Positions 52,692 to 64,000 of a DNA stretch of 64,000 bases are shown one piece after another. Origin of the DNA: Eledone cirrhosa (Eukaryota); the NCBI GenBank assembly GCA_964016885.1, contig OZ024740.1, positions 283,464,001 to 283,528,000 of the forward strand, given 5' to 3'. The position numbers and the translations under genes were made by a program. The notes under the pieces were generated by a model. It was not told the origin of the DNA and did no database searches. It was given only the letters and a program-made list of their open reading frames with translations. Positions within the stretch are counted from its first letter, which is position 1; each line of letters begins with the position of its first letter.

Positions 52692-52863
52692 ATGGTTAAA
52701 GAACATTAGTCCAACCCCCTTTTTTTGGAACACTTCAAAAGGCATGCTTGCTGGGAACAGCAAGAACACTCCGATACGTCCTGAATACCTGAGGCTGCAG
52801 GTAGCGGCTTGATGTTCATTTCAACAAACTTTCAAGTTAATTAACATCAATGACTGAGACTCC
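52692..52863 (+). mobile_element. Dong-type family Z 3' end in (TAA)n
   Basis: WLKNISP..LQKACLLGTARTLRYVL*; 3'UTR matches 60301-60385. Confidence 0.8.
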
Positions 52864-52915
<52 letters not shown>

Positions 52916-52916
52916 T

Positions 52917-53170
52917 TTTCTTTATTAACCACAAGGGTTCACATAAAGTAGACATTAAGGACAGTACAGGACAATACAGGACGGTACAAATGGGCATTTC
53001 TGCGTGTAAAAAAACAGAGGTTGAAATAAAATAACAAAGAAAAATTCCCCAATAGAGGGGAGACTTCCAAGGGACATTTGTGGAGAAAGCCCATTAAAAG
53101 ACCACAGTGGCCCTGACCACCAGGGCAAGTACCCTCTCCCAGTTTTCCACCTTTAATTTACAGACACATA
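52917..53170 (-). mobile_element. Tx1-type 3'UTR fragment in (TAA)n
   Basis: Matches 62930-63030 and the CCCTTGTGG..AATAAA terminus of 63755-63775. Confidence 0.65.
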
Positions 53171-53183
53171 ATAATAATAATAA

Positions 53184-53254
<71 letters not shown>

Positions 53255-53315
53255 ATCAACATCGTCCGAATATACATTACCGTTTGAATCATTATCTTCA
53301 TCATTATGACCATCA

Positions 53316-53500
53316 TTGGACTGTCAGTATCGGTAGAGGGTCGGACGCCATGCTTTGCGGCATAGAGTTATGACCCTTGCCATTCTGAGTTCAAATCCCG
53401 CCGAGGTTAACTTTGCCTTTCATCCTTACGGGGTCGATAAAATAAAGTACCAGTAATGCACTGGGATAATTGCTGGCGTTGTGCCAAAAAGTAGAAATAA
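53316..53500 (+). mobile_element. S1 SINE
   Basis: Family match. Confidence 0.85.
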
Positions 53501-53879
53501 TTATCATTGACGTCATCAGGACGACGGCGACAAATGTCACCGCCAACACCACCACCACCGCCACCACAAACAACACCATCACCACCGCCGTCGCATACAC
53601 CAGCATGATAACGAACACCATCACTATCATCATCTGACACTACCTCATACCAATATGCTGAATGGTGACAGATAACGATGATGCTATTGATGCTATGATG
53701 CTTCTATATTTTGTATTAAGCATAAGCTCTGTCTCTCTTTCTCTGATATATAGTTTTATTCCTCTTTAGTCAATAATCCTTGGAAATGAATATCACATAG
53801 TGACAGCGATGATGCTGGTATCATCGTATATAATCACTACCATCGTCACCATCACCAATAACAACAAAAACTACTACTA

Positions 53880-54482
53880 ATAATTGTTTCTACTTTAGCC
53901 ACAAGGCCAGCAAATATCCAGTACATTACTAGTACTTTATTTTATCGACCCCGTAAGGATGAAAGGCAAAGTTAACCTCGGCGGGATTTGAACTCAGACT
54001 GTAAAGTGACGTAACTATGCTAGAAAGCATGGCGTCCGACTCTCTACTGATACTGCCAATTCAAACTACTACTAATAATTGTTTCTACTTTTGGCACAAG
54101 GCCAGCAATTACCCAATGCATTACTGGTACTTTATTCTATCGACCCCGGAAGGATGAAAGGCATGATTTCATTTATTGGCCACAAGGGCCGACATATAGG
54201 GGACAATACAAAAGACTGGGACAGTGGGGGCTTTACATATACAACGTGTAAACAATATAAATAACAATAACAAAGTAACAATAAAAATAACAATTGTTTC
54301 TAATTTTGGCACAACACCAGCAATTACCCTAGTGCATTACTGGTACTTTATTTTATCGAGCCGTAAGGATGAAAGGCAAAGTTAACCTCGGCGGTATTTG
54401 AGCTCAGATCATAAAGAGCCGTAACTCTATGCTGCAAAGCATGGCGTCCGACCCTCTACCGGTACTGCCAATGCACCGTCCT
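53880..54482 (-). mobile_element. Cluster of three S1 SINEs with a Tx1 3' end (54166-54290)
   Basis: Family matches; 54166-54215 is the reverse complement of about 63733-63776. Confidence 0.8.
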
Positions 54483-55144
54483 CCACCACCCTAATAACAA
54501 TAATAATCATCTTCACCCCCCACCCCCCACTTGCAACAACGAGCAATAATAACTACTGCCATTTTCGCTAACATCAACAACAACAGCAAAAACAACATCG
54601 ATGACAACAACAACAACAAAACCAGCATTAATCATATATGGCGAGGATGAATAAATATTTTTAAAGAAAAAAACCCCCAGAAAACCAAGGGAAGAGGGAG
54701 GAATCTTGGAAATCAATCATGGTTGGATAGTACAGAGTATCTTATTTCTCAACAATAATTTCATTAGTTGGAATTTCTGTTTTAATATTTTTAAAAAATA
54801 CCAAATGTTTGCCACAAAAATAAAATAAAATAACATAAAATAAAAGACATTAATTTCATCTGGAGAATAATTTTGTTAAACATTGCTGGTAACATCTGGT
54901 ATATGGCTGTTCATTATTATCGTCATGACCATCATCACTGTTTTCATCATCATCATCATCGTCACCGCCGTCGTAGTTGTCGTAATCGACATCACCACTG
55001 TTAGAAATTGGATTTTTTTTTTTTAGTCAATGAGTGTGGGACGGTAACCTAAAATAATTTCATAAGACATGGCTCGGTTGATATACAGGCTAAGTGCTCT
55101 CGTTCTCTCTCTCTCCATCACACACTCTCTCTCCGCTGTCTCTC

Positions 55145-55181
<37 letters not shown>

Positions 55182-55214
55182 TAAATGTCCGAGTGATCGG
55201 CTACGTATATGTTT

Positions 55215-55255
<41 letters not shown>

Positions 55256-55337
55256 AATAAAGTAAGGAGCGCGGGACTGCGTACGGTTTATAATTTTTTA
55301 TCCCATTAGTAAAATAAGTTGCATTACTTTGAATAAA

Positions 55338-55522
55338 TAATTTTTTCTACTTTTGGCACAAGGCCAGCAATTACCCAGTACATTACTGGTACTTTATTTT
55401 ATCGACCCCGTAAGGATGAAAGGCAAAGTTAACTCCAGCGGGATTTGAAGGGATTTAAAGGGCCGTAACTCTTTGCTGCAAAGCATGGCGTCCGACCCTC
55501 TACCGATACTGCCAATCCACCA
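55338..55522 (-). mobile_element. S1 SINE
   Basis: Family match. Confidence 0.85.
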
Positions 55523-55974
55523 ATGAATGAATATTACATAATTTATCTACTAAATTTCGTGGTTGTTGATTAAATATATTTTGTTTATTTAAAGATTCAC
55601 TTCTTTAAAATTTCTGAAATGTCAACACTTCCGGTTGGCCATCGCTTAACTAAACATACTAATTTTCTGTCACTAATTTTCTCCTAATGCAGTTTATGTA
55701 TAATATCGTCTTTTTTTAATGTATCATGGATTACGTTACTGATTAAATAAGACAGTGTAACGCAGTCTTCGTTCAATTTCTATGTATTATATATTGTCAA
55801 TTACGATTTTATTTGATGTATATACCTGCGTATAATATCAATATGCACACTACACATGCTAGCAGAAAGCCAGCCGAGAGAGGTGGTTTCTCTGCTAGTA
55901 GTAATAATAATAAATGTGAGGACCAAAACCTGAAGACGGCTCGATAAGGATAATATATATATCAAATATAATAA

Positions 55975-56034
<60 letters not shown>

Positions 56035-56146
56035 GTAAATTGAGTTTTACGAATATTAATAATCGCATTCGATTCGTTTGCAATTATGCAAACAAGCCTC
56101 ATTCTTGCTCTCATGTAGAGCGAAATTTTCTTTTATATATATATAT

Positions 56147-56335
56147 ATAAGAAATAAGAAAGATGGTTTCATTCTTACATCCCTATGAATAGGAATGTAC
56201 GAATAAAACCGTATTCCTTGTTTATTATAATAAACCTCTGGATGAATAAAAACCGTAGAGTGCTTCACATATGTTAAGAAAAAGTCGGCAGATTTTTAAT
56301 CAACCAATTTTCTTAAATTGAATAAATAAATATAT
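56147..56335 (+). mobile_element. Diverged fold-back pLTR-like element
   Basis: Imperfect palindrome centred at 56187-56188, tail hairpin CCTC-TGG..CCG-TA-GAGT at 56235-56261, (TA)n flanks. Confidence 0.6.
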
Positions 56336-56558
56336 ATATAGACAGACATATACGTAGCCGATCATTCCGAAGCACTGGGGGGGGGGATTAATATAAAGAG
56401 TATTGTGTTTCACAATAGCATATAAAATAAGATGAAGACCCTCAAGGAAGGAAAATAACTTCCTTCTAGTAACTTCTTTTTACGTCTGTATCTTCACCCT
56501 ATTTTATAAGCTATTTTATAGCATCTCCGGGCATGAGCACACCACTCTTTATATTAAC

Positions 56559-56602
<44 letters not shown>

Positions 56603-56689
56603 GGGGGGGGGGGCGTGTGTGTATTTGTCTTTATGTCTATATTTTTATTTATCTATCTTACTACTACAAATACTTTGACGCTAAGCTCC

Positions 56690-57050
56690 GCAAGATACAG
56701 ACTGCGCAGCTACATGAGATATTTTTCTCGATCACCAACAGCAGAGTTTAAAGAGCAAAGATCAAGGCCAGTCCATAGGTTGACATTATCAAACCATCAT
56801 TTTCAGCCAATCTTCCTTCCATGCAGAACCTACTCACACCACGAGTTGATCTCTTTTTATATGCCCGTATAGTTTGAGTACTCTTGACTGAGCAATTGAT
56901 GTAATTGATCTAAGTCTGGTAATGTTGAGCCGCTCACTGATACAGATACGGTCGCTGAGCCGCTTGCTCCGTCATAAGTTTGTTGATGTATGTTCTGGAA
57001 TGTAGAGAGCTTCTGAAATGACCTTGTCGTCTAATTAACACAGTCAAGAA
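56690..57050 (-). pseudogene. Ancient RTE-like C-terminal remnant
   Basis: RSITSIAQSRVLKLYGHIK..VLHG resembles I..RRLKWFGHV..ILxG. Confidence 0.5.
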
Positions 57051-58361
57051 CATATAACACAACTGGCAGGGTGTAAGTATCGAAGATCTATTTTTCATTT
57101 TTCCAATTGTATTCTCGTCTGAACAATCATACTCCCATCCATCTAGTATTTGTGATATCTGTATAACTGTAAATTTAAAGAGAATGTTTCCTTATAAAGA
57201 CATGTGTAAGTGCGTACATATACCTAGATATATGTGTAGGCGTGTATATATGTTTATATATACGTGCGATTGCATGTTTATGCTTATGTATATATTTATA
57301 TATATATGTGAGAGTGTATATATATATAATTTATATTTGTTCGTGGGGGAATGAATGAATATATAAATGAATATAGATACATATTCGCACATATTTATGT
57401 ATACATTTTTAGATATAAACTCATATATTAGAAATTATTTTACTTGTACGTTCAGTCTCCAGCATGTCTATTTATTAATTTTTTTTTTTTTTTTTTTTGA
57501 CAAGATCAAATAGAACTGTCAATAAAATATTTTTGATAAGCACCTTTAAATTTTGACAAGAGAATTTTATTCGCTACTGGAGTAAAACCTCTAGATGGTA
57601 AATACCTCTATCACACATTTACTCTATTTGACCTGACCTTGTCCTGGGTATTGTTTCACTTTATCCACACCTGACATTCTCCTGTAACCCCTTTGTATTT
57701 CCTGGTTCTTGCATCTACACAACCCCTCCCACTAAGTCATATTTTAACGAATTATTTCATATAACGAATCATTTCATATAACGAATCATTCATCTTACTA
57801 AAGTCCGGATAAATTAGTATTGTCAACGAAATTTGAAAGTCACCATTATGTTATTGCCTCTTATCAAGATTGCGTATTTCTCTCGGTTCTGCCACCCACT
57901 GGAACTGTCGAGAATGTATAGGATTCATCGGCTGAATAGCCTAATATGAACACCGAAACAATTGTAGATTGTTTTTCTCTGCCACAGCTAAAACAAAAGG
58001 ATGACGTTAGTCGTCTAGAGCACACATGGGTTTATGAGGCTGTTTGCTTGCAAACGAATCGAATATTATTGTAATATCATTATTACTATTCACTCACAAA
58101 TGCATTTAGGTACCCACGATTTTAGAGCGAAAACAAATTTTGATTTTAATTTTCGGCAAAGGCAGCCGTAAAATCGCTCGATTTGCAAATTAGGCTAACC
58201 AACCAATGTACACTTTAGAGAATACTATATATTATCGACAGTTCCAGTGGGTGGCAGAAACAAGAGAAATACACAATCTTGATAAGGGGCAATAACTCCC
58301 AAACAATTGTAGATTGTTTTTCTCACCGCTAGAAGAAAAGGATGGTGTTAGGCGTCTAAAG

Positions 58362-58440
58362 CAGGCATGTCAAACTGAAGGTCTCCCTAGGGCCACATGG
58401 ATCACATATGTGTTGTCTGAGGGCCACACACGACAACTAA
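58362..58440 (+). mobile_element. hAT-Charlie-like terminal fragment
   Basis: CAGGCATGTCAAAC..GGGCCACAT preceded by TCTAAAG (Charlie-like target). Confidence 0.5.
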
Positions 58441-58457
58441 TTGCTCACATTACAACT

Positions 58458-58647
58458 AAGGAGATGTGGTAAGGTACCAGATGGACCATAACGCACCAAA
58501 GTACTCAATACTTAGGGTAGTAGAGTGGGTAATAGGAACGAGTAGGACCCCGACGGCTGAGCTCAAGCCGTTTCGACGGCTAATTCAGTCCAGAATTAGC
58601 CGTCGAAACAGCTTGAGCTCAGCCGCCGGGGTCCTACTCGTTCCTAT
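58458..58647 (-). mobile_element. Fold-back pLTR-like element (family H)
   Basis: 55-bp arms 58532-58586 / 58593-58647; tail hairpin 58503-58526. Confidence 0.78.
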
Positions 58648-58678
58648 ATATATATATATATATCGCTCTACATGGCTG

Positions 58679-59038
58679 AATATAATAAATGTAATCTGAG
58701 TTTTTAACATATTAATAATAATATTCGATTCGTTTGCAATTATGCAAACAACCTCTTATTTAAGCCATGTCAGTAGAATGAGCCCCTCATTCCCTCTCTT
58801 GTGTTGACAGGGTAATCACCCAGAAACATTAGTGTCTGCAGTTCTATTTACATACCAACACAAGAGCAAGAATGGGGGGGGGGCTCATTCTACTGACATG
58901 ACTTTAAAAAGAGGGTGTTTGCATAACTGCAAACGAATCGGATATTATTATTAATAAAGTACCAGTAATGCTGGCCTTGTGCCAAAAGTAGAAACAATTA
59001 TTAATATTCGAAAAACTCAGATTACATCTATTATATAT
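58679..59038. mobile_element. Symmetric MITE/fold-back element with ~125-bp TIRs; right TIR interrupted by an S1 tail
   Basis: 58679-58806 is inverted at 58856-58956 plus 59001-59038; solo ends at about 56030-56110 and 58035-58080. Confidence 0.7.
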
Positions 59039-59800
59039 ATATCGACCGACCAATCTATCTACCTACGTATAAGCGTAAATATGTGCATGTATACATGTGA
59101 GAGAATGCGTGTTCATATTATGGAAATAAGCGGTTTTAGATTTCATTTTCCAAATTCTATACACTAATGATTATTTGGTATTGAATACCAAGAAATATGA
59201 AAATTAGAATCAGGTTCGTATCACGATTGACACGTTTGCAATTTTCTGTCATCACAGACATATATTCGAAAAACACCACACGCCATATTATTGACGAATT
59301 ATCTTGCTACCATACCTAGCTCTGCATGAAACCAATTCTTGAGACAATTAGTTGTGCAACTTTCTGATCAATGCTTTCTCACTTCAATATATGTTCTGCA
59401 CGCGAGTAATCTATCACTGAAAATATTTCCATTTTATTATAAAAATAAGAAATATTATCATCATTATCATTTGAGACTCAAAGAACAATAATAATAATAA
59501 TAATTCTTTCTACTTTTTGGCACAAGACCAGCAATCACCCAGTGCATTACTGGTACTTTATTTTATCGACCCCGTAAGGCAAAGTTAATCCCGCCGAGGT
59601 TAATAATGTACTGGGTAATTGCTGGCCTTGAGCCAAAAGTAGACACAATTATTATTGTTCTTTGAGTCTCAGTCATTGATGTTATTTAACTGGAAGTGTT
59701 GTTGAATATCAAGCTACTGCAGCCTCAAACATTCAGGACGTATCGAAGGGTTCTTCTTGTTCTTCTTCTTCTTATTATTATTATTATTATTATTATTATT

Positions 59801-59958
59801 AGGGTGGTAGATTGGCAGAATCGGTAGAGCGTCAGACACCATGCTTTCTAGCATAGTTACGTCCCTTTACAGTCTGAGTTCAAATCCCGCCGAGGTTAAC
59901 TTTGCCTTTCATCCTTACGGGGTCGATAAAATAAAGTACCAGTAATGCACTGGGTAAT
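59801..59958 (+). mobile_element. S1 SINE lacking its tail
   Basis: Family match. Confidence 0.85.
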
Positions 59959-59959
59959 T

Positions 59960-60280
59960 AAACAAAACACTATACATATATACACATGTGCATATGCATA
60001 TGTAAATACAAGCAGGGATAACAATCTTACAGAGATAGTGCTCTTCTCAATACGTGTGCAGTACCAGTCAAAACAATTTTTTGCACCTCGTGCAGAGTGG
60101 GTAAACCAGGAATCATTCACAAATATTGTCTGTTCCTTTCTTGAATATTCCCAGTCCTCCCACAATCACTGGTATTGTAACGGCCTTGAGGTGCCACATT
60201 TTCTCAATTTCAATAAGCACATCTTTATATTTTCGTAGCTTGTCAAATACTTTTGCCGCGATATTGGGGTCACATGGGAT
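59960..60280 (-). mobile_element. Another Dong-type RLE C-terminal fragment (family W)
   Basis: IPCDPNI..KLRKYKDV..MW..IPVIVGGLG and EVQKIVLTGTAHVLRRAL*. Confidence 0.8.
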
Positions 60281-60300
60281 TATTATTATTATTATTATTA

Positions 60301-62137
60301 TCCTTTGAGTCTCCGTCATTGATGTTATTTAACTGGAAAGTTTGTTGAAATGAATATCAAGCCACTACCTGCAGTCTCAGATATTCAGAACATATCGGAG
60401 GGTTCTTGCTGTTTCCAGCAATCATGCTTTTGAAGTGCTCCAAAAAGCGGGCCTGGACTAATCTTTTTTAACCATCCTTGGAAACTCTTTGAGATAGTAC
60501 CTAGTGCGCCTATGACAATCGGGACGACCTTGATTTCATGGCAGTTCCAAATCCTTTTTAACCCCCACTTTAAGTCCTGGTATCGGTTAATTTTCTCCCT
60601 ATCTTTTTCTTGCACTCTCGTGTCAAATGGGCAGGCTACATTTACAATCAGGCACGATCTTTTTTCCTTGTCCAAAACCACCAGGTCAGGCCTATTGTGT
60701 TCTATTTTCTTGTCCGTCTATATCCTAAAATCCCATAGCACCTTCACCTGATTGTTTTCTATCACCGACTCTGGCTTATGCTCATACCACTTCTCAGAAT
60801 GTGGTAAATTGTTTACTCTGCATCACCCAGTAATTGTTTACTCTGCCAGTGGATCACCCTGCCATCATGTCTCCAGCCTTTATAGTGAGTCTGGGCTAGG
60901 TGTTTACACTCGGATACAATGTGAGCCACAGTCTCCTCTCTCTCTCTCTCTCCACAGATCCTATACAGTGGGCTAGCCTCCTCCTTGTAAATATGGTGTT
61001 TCACCCACTTCGTTCTGAGGGCCTGCTCTTACGCAGCCATTAGCATTCCTTCTGTAGCCTTTTTAAGGTCTCCTCTTTTTAACCAGTTCCATGTCTGAGG
61101 ATCTCTAAATTTAGTTTTCTTAAAGAAGGTACTATGAAGGCATTTTTCATGGAGGTTGTTCTTCCTCCTTGTTGTTATTTCTTCCTTGGACATCCCCTGG
61201 TCTATTTTCTTCTCCTTCAGTACAATTTTGAGCATTGGCTCCCTACTGTCAGTCACGTATTTTTGCAGGTTGTTTTTCTCCCTCTGAACAAAGTCTTCTA
61301 TGCTGATAAGACCTCTTCCACCTTCAGATCTCTTTAAGTAGAATCTATCGACATCACACCTCTTGTGGAACATGTTATAGATAGTCAATAACTTCCTAGT
61401 CTTCCTATCCATTTCTTTTTGTTCAGCAACATTCCATTTCAGAATTCTCGCACTGTACCTAATAATAGACACAGCTCGGGAATTCATTGCACTTATGACA
61501 TTCCTACTATTTAGATGTGACTTTAATACGCTCCCTACTCTCCTAATGTACTCAGATCTTATCAATTCCTTCATTTTTTTGTTCATTTTTTTTTTGTTCT
61601 GCCTCCAGAACACCTAAATATTTGTATCCTTCTTCAGTGTCAATTTACTTTACCATCTCATGGTACCTGGATTCCGTTGCTTCTGCTCAATTTAACCCTC
61701 CTCATCACTAGGACTTCACACTTATTAATACCAGATTCCTACATATATCATTGCTGAAAATACGGACAGTGTCAACACGTACATCCAACTCCTTCTCACT
61801 CTTCCCAAAGGGTTTAAGATCGTCCATGAAGAGGTGGTTTATGGTAAGCTCTCCTTTTCCCAACTTGTATCCTGCTCTCACTTTTCGCAATATAATGGTC
61901 AGGGGTATCAGGGCAAGGACAAACAGCAGAGGGGACAAACTATCTCCCTGGAAGATACCTCTCTTGATCTTCACGCTTCCCAAGGATTCTCCACCTGATG
62001 TTAACTCTGTTTCCCAGGACTTCATACTTTTGCTCAACAACTGTCTGATGTTATCTGCCATCTTGAAGATCTCTAGGCTTTTGGTTATCCAAGAATGAGG
62101 TACCATGTCGAATGCCTTTTTGTAATCTATCCATCCC
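60301..62137 (-). mobile_element. Dong-type RLE LINE family Z, decayed, with (TAA)n tail
   Basis: WIDYKKAFDMVPH, GIFQGDSLSP, HLFMDDLK, GGRGL, RICG..ETVAHIVSEC, RHD, VACPFD, K..RY. Confidence 0.9.
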
Positions 62138-63110
62138 GATTATTAGGCACGTTTTCCCACAGCTCGTCTCCTTGACGGAGCTGCAGTCCTGGGTCAGGAA
62201 AAGACCGAGGGATAGCGCTTGGAAACTGGAATGTCTCCAGGCGCTCACTGCCATCTGCCAGCTGGGCACCAGTATCGGTGGAACATCTACCTCAGCGTTC
62301 TATAGAGGACTAGTGGAGCGGAAGAGCGACGACGTTCTCGGAGAGATCCTGGGCGTCGAAGATCAGCTGTTTGCTCTCTTCCGGAGAACTTTCAGCCCAG
62401 GGCCTATGGATAACTTCCAAAAATCCCTGGCCTGACAGTGCTACCGGGGAGCGTTGCCGGTTCGAGATAAGCTCTACAGGCACGGAAGTGCCGTTAGCCG
62501 AGCTTGTCCGAGATGCGCGCAGTGCGACGAAACCGTCGCGCACGCACTCGTTCAGTGCCCGAGCATTGCTGACTTGTGGAGCTATGTCGAACAGTTGCTG
62601 TCGCGTGTAGGACAGATCCGGTTATCGACTGAGTCCATTGTACAGATGGTCTCGCCGTCTTCCTTCGGCAGGCAGTTTTCATCTGCCTGTTGGCCATGGC
62701 AAAAGAGATTGTGTGGGGGACAAGGATGAAAGGGTTAAAGACAGACACTTTCCTCATCGGCGAATCCCTAATTAACTTTTTCAAGTTTCAGTTGAAGAGG
62801 GGAATCAGCGTGGAGAGGCAAGTGCTGCCTTCTAGCAAGTTTGTTGAAAGGTGGGAAAATGTAGCGAGAATGGTCCGAGTGAACGGGACCGCTCTGAATA
62901 TACGCCTATAGTTTGAGAAATGGAAAATTGAGAGAGGGTGCTTGTCCTGGTGGTCAGGGTGGCCGTGGCCTTTTGTGTGGTTTTCGCCACGAGTAACCCT
63001 CGGATGTTTCCCCCCTATTGGGGAATTTTTCATTGTTTCAATTTTCATTTTTATTGTTTATATATATATATGTTTCTATCTCTTTTTTTTCTTTTCTTAT
63101 ATAAATAATA
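62135..63110 (+). mobile_element. Tx1-type LINE 3' portion
   Basis: FPQLVSLTELQSWV shared with the 14.8-kb copy; CPRC..ETVAHALVQC CCHC finger. Confidence 0.85.
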
Positions 63111-63149
63111 AAAATCTTTACACGCACAAAACCCACATCTTATCGTCCT

Positions 63150-63778
63150 GTACCGGAGCGACGAAACCGTTCTGCACGCACTCGTCCAGTGTCCGTGCAT
63201 TACTGACTTGTGGAGTTATGTCGAACAGCTGTTGTCGCGTATAGAACGGATCCGGCTATCGGCCGAGTCCATAGTGAAGATCGACCCGCCGCCTTCTTTT
63301 GTCTGGTGGCAGTAGCGAAAGAGGTTGTATGGTGGACGAGGTTGAAAGGACTGAAGACAGACACTTTTCTCTTCGGCCAATCCCTCATCAACTTTTTTAA
63401 ATTTCACTTGGAAATAAAATGAGGGTGGAGAGATAAGTGCTGTCGCCCAGTACATTTGCTGAAAGGTGGGTGAATGTGGCGAGAATGGCCCATGTGAGTG
63501 GGCCTACTCTGATCATGCGCCTGTAGGCTGGTGAATTTGAGGAGGAGAGGGGTGCCCTTCTCGAGTTCCCTCGAAGCGTCGGGTGGTTCAGGATGGGTGG
63601 GGTAGCTCAGTAAACGCCGGGTGGTTATCCTCCCTATTGGGCAATTTTCATTGTTGTATTTTTCTTGTTTATTGTTATTGCTTTCCTATTTTTTATCAGA
63701 TTTTTGTGTAAAACCCCACTGTCCCCGTAAATTGTATTGTCCCCTATATGTCGGCCCTTGTGGCCAATAAATGAAACC
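63150..63778 (+). mobile_element. Second Tx1-type LINE 3' portion
   Basis: Repeats GACGAAACCG..GCACGCACTCG of 62525 onward; ends AATAAATGAAAC then (TTA)n/(TAG)n. Confidence 0.82.
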
Positions 63779-63802
63779 AGTATTATTAATTATTATTATT
63801 AT

Positions 63803-63855
<53 letters not shown>

Positions 63856-64000
63856 TTTTAGTTGCTGTTGCTTTTGCTTTTTCTGTTGTTACTGTTAATA
63901 TTCTATTGTATAAATCAAATTTCAGCTATAATAACATACATATGCCAGTAACATGTCGTTCGCACGTTACCTTTATGACCTCATCTAGCTGTAATCGAAT

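Overview
Eukaryotic, AT-rich, repeat-saturated intergenic or intronic DNA. The SINE families (tRNA-derived OK/OR-like), the microsatellite load and the LINE complement fit an octopus (cephalopod) genome best; this is inferred from repeat families I recognise, not from a database search. No host protein-coding gene can be supported, and most ORFs in the track are microsatellite translations. Recognisable elements are: one 5'-truncated but open-frame RTE LINE with a TSD and three C-terminal C2H2 fingers; several decayed R4/Dong-type (RLE) LINEs in (CATA)n or (TAA)n; Tx1/L1-type LINE pieces; about 20 tRNA-derived SINE copies; a bipartite non-autonomous RTE derivative; mariner, hAT and Helitron MITE-like elements; and tandem repeats. 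The most striking signal is about 15 short non-coding elements in (TA)n tracts. Many are asymmetric fold-back palindromes, most carry a type I hammerhead-ribozyme motif (Penelope-like pseudo-LTR hallmarks), and otherwise unrelated families share a covarying bulged hairpin (RCTC-stem-loop-stem-TT/TA-GAGY) 3-16 nt beyond the point where the inverted arm stops. Coordinates were read by eye and ends may be off by a few bases.
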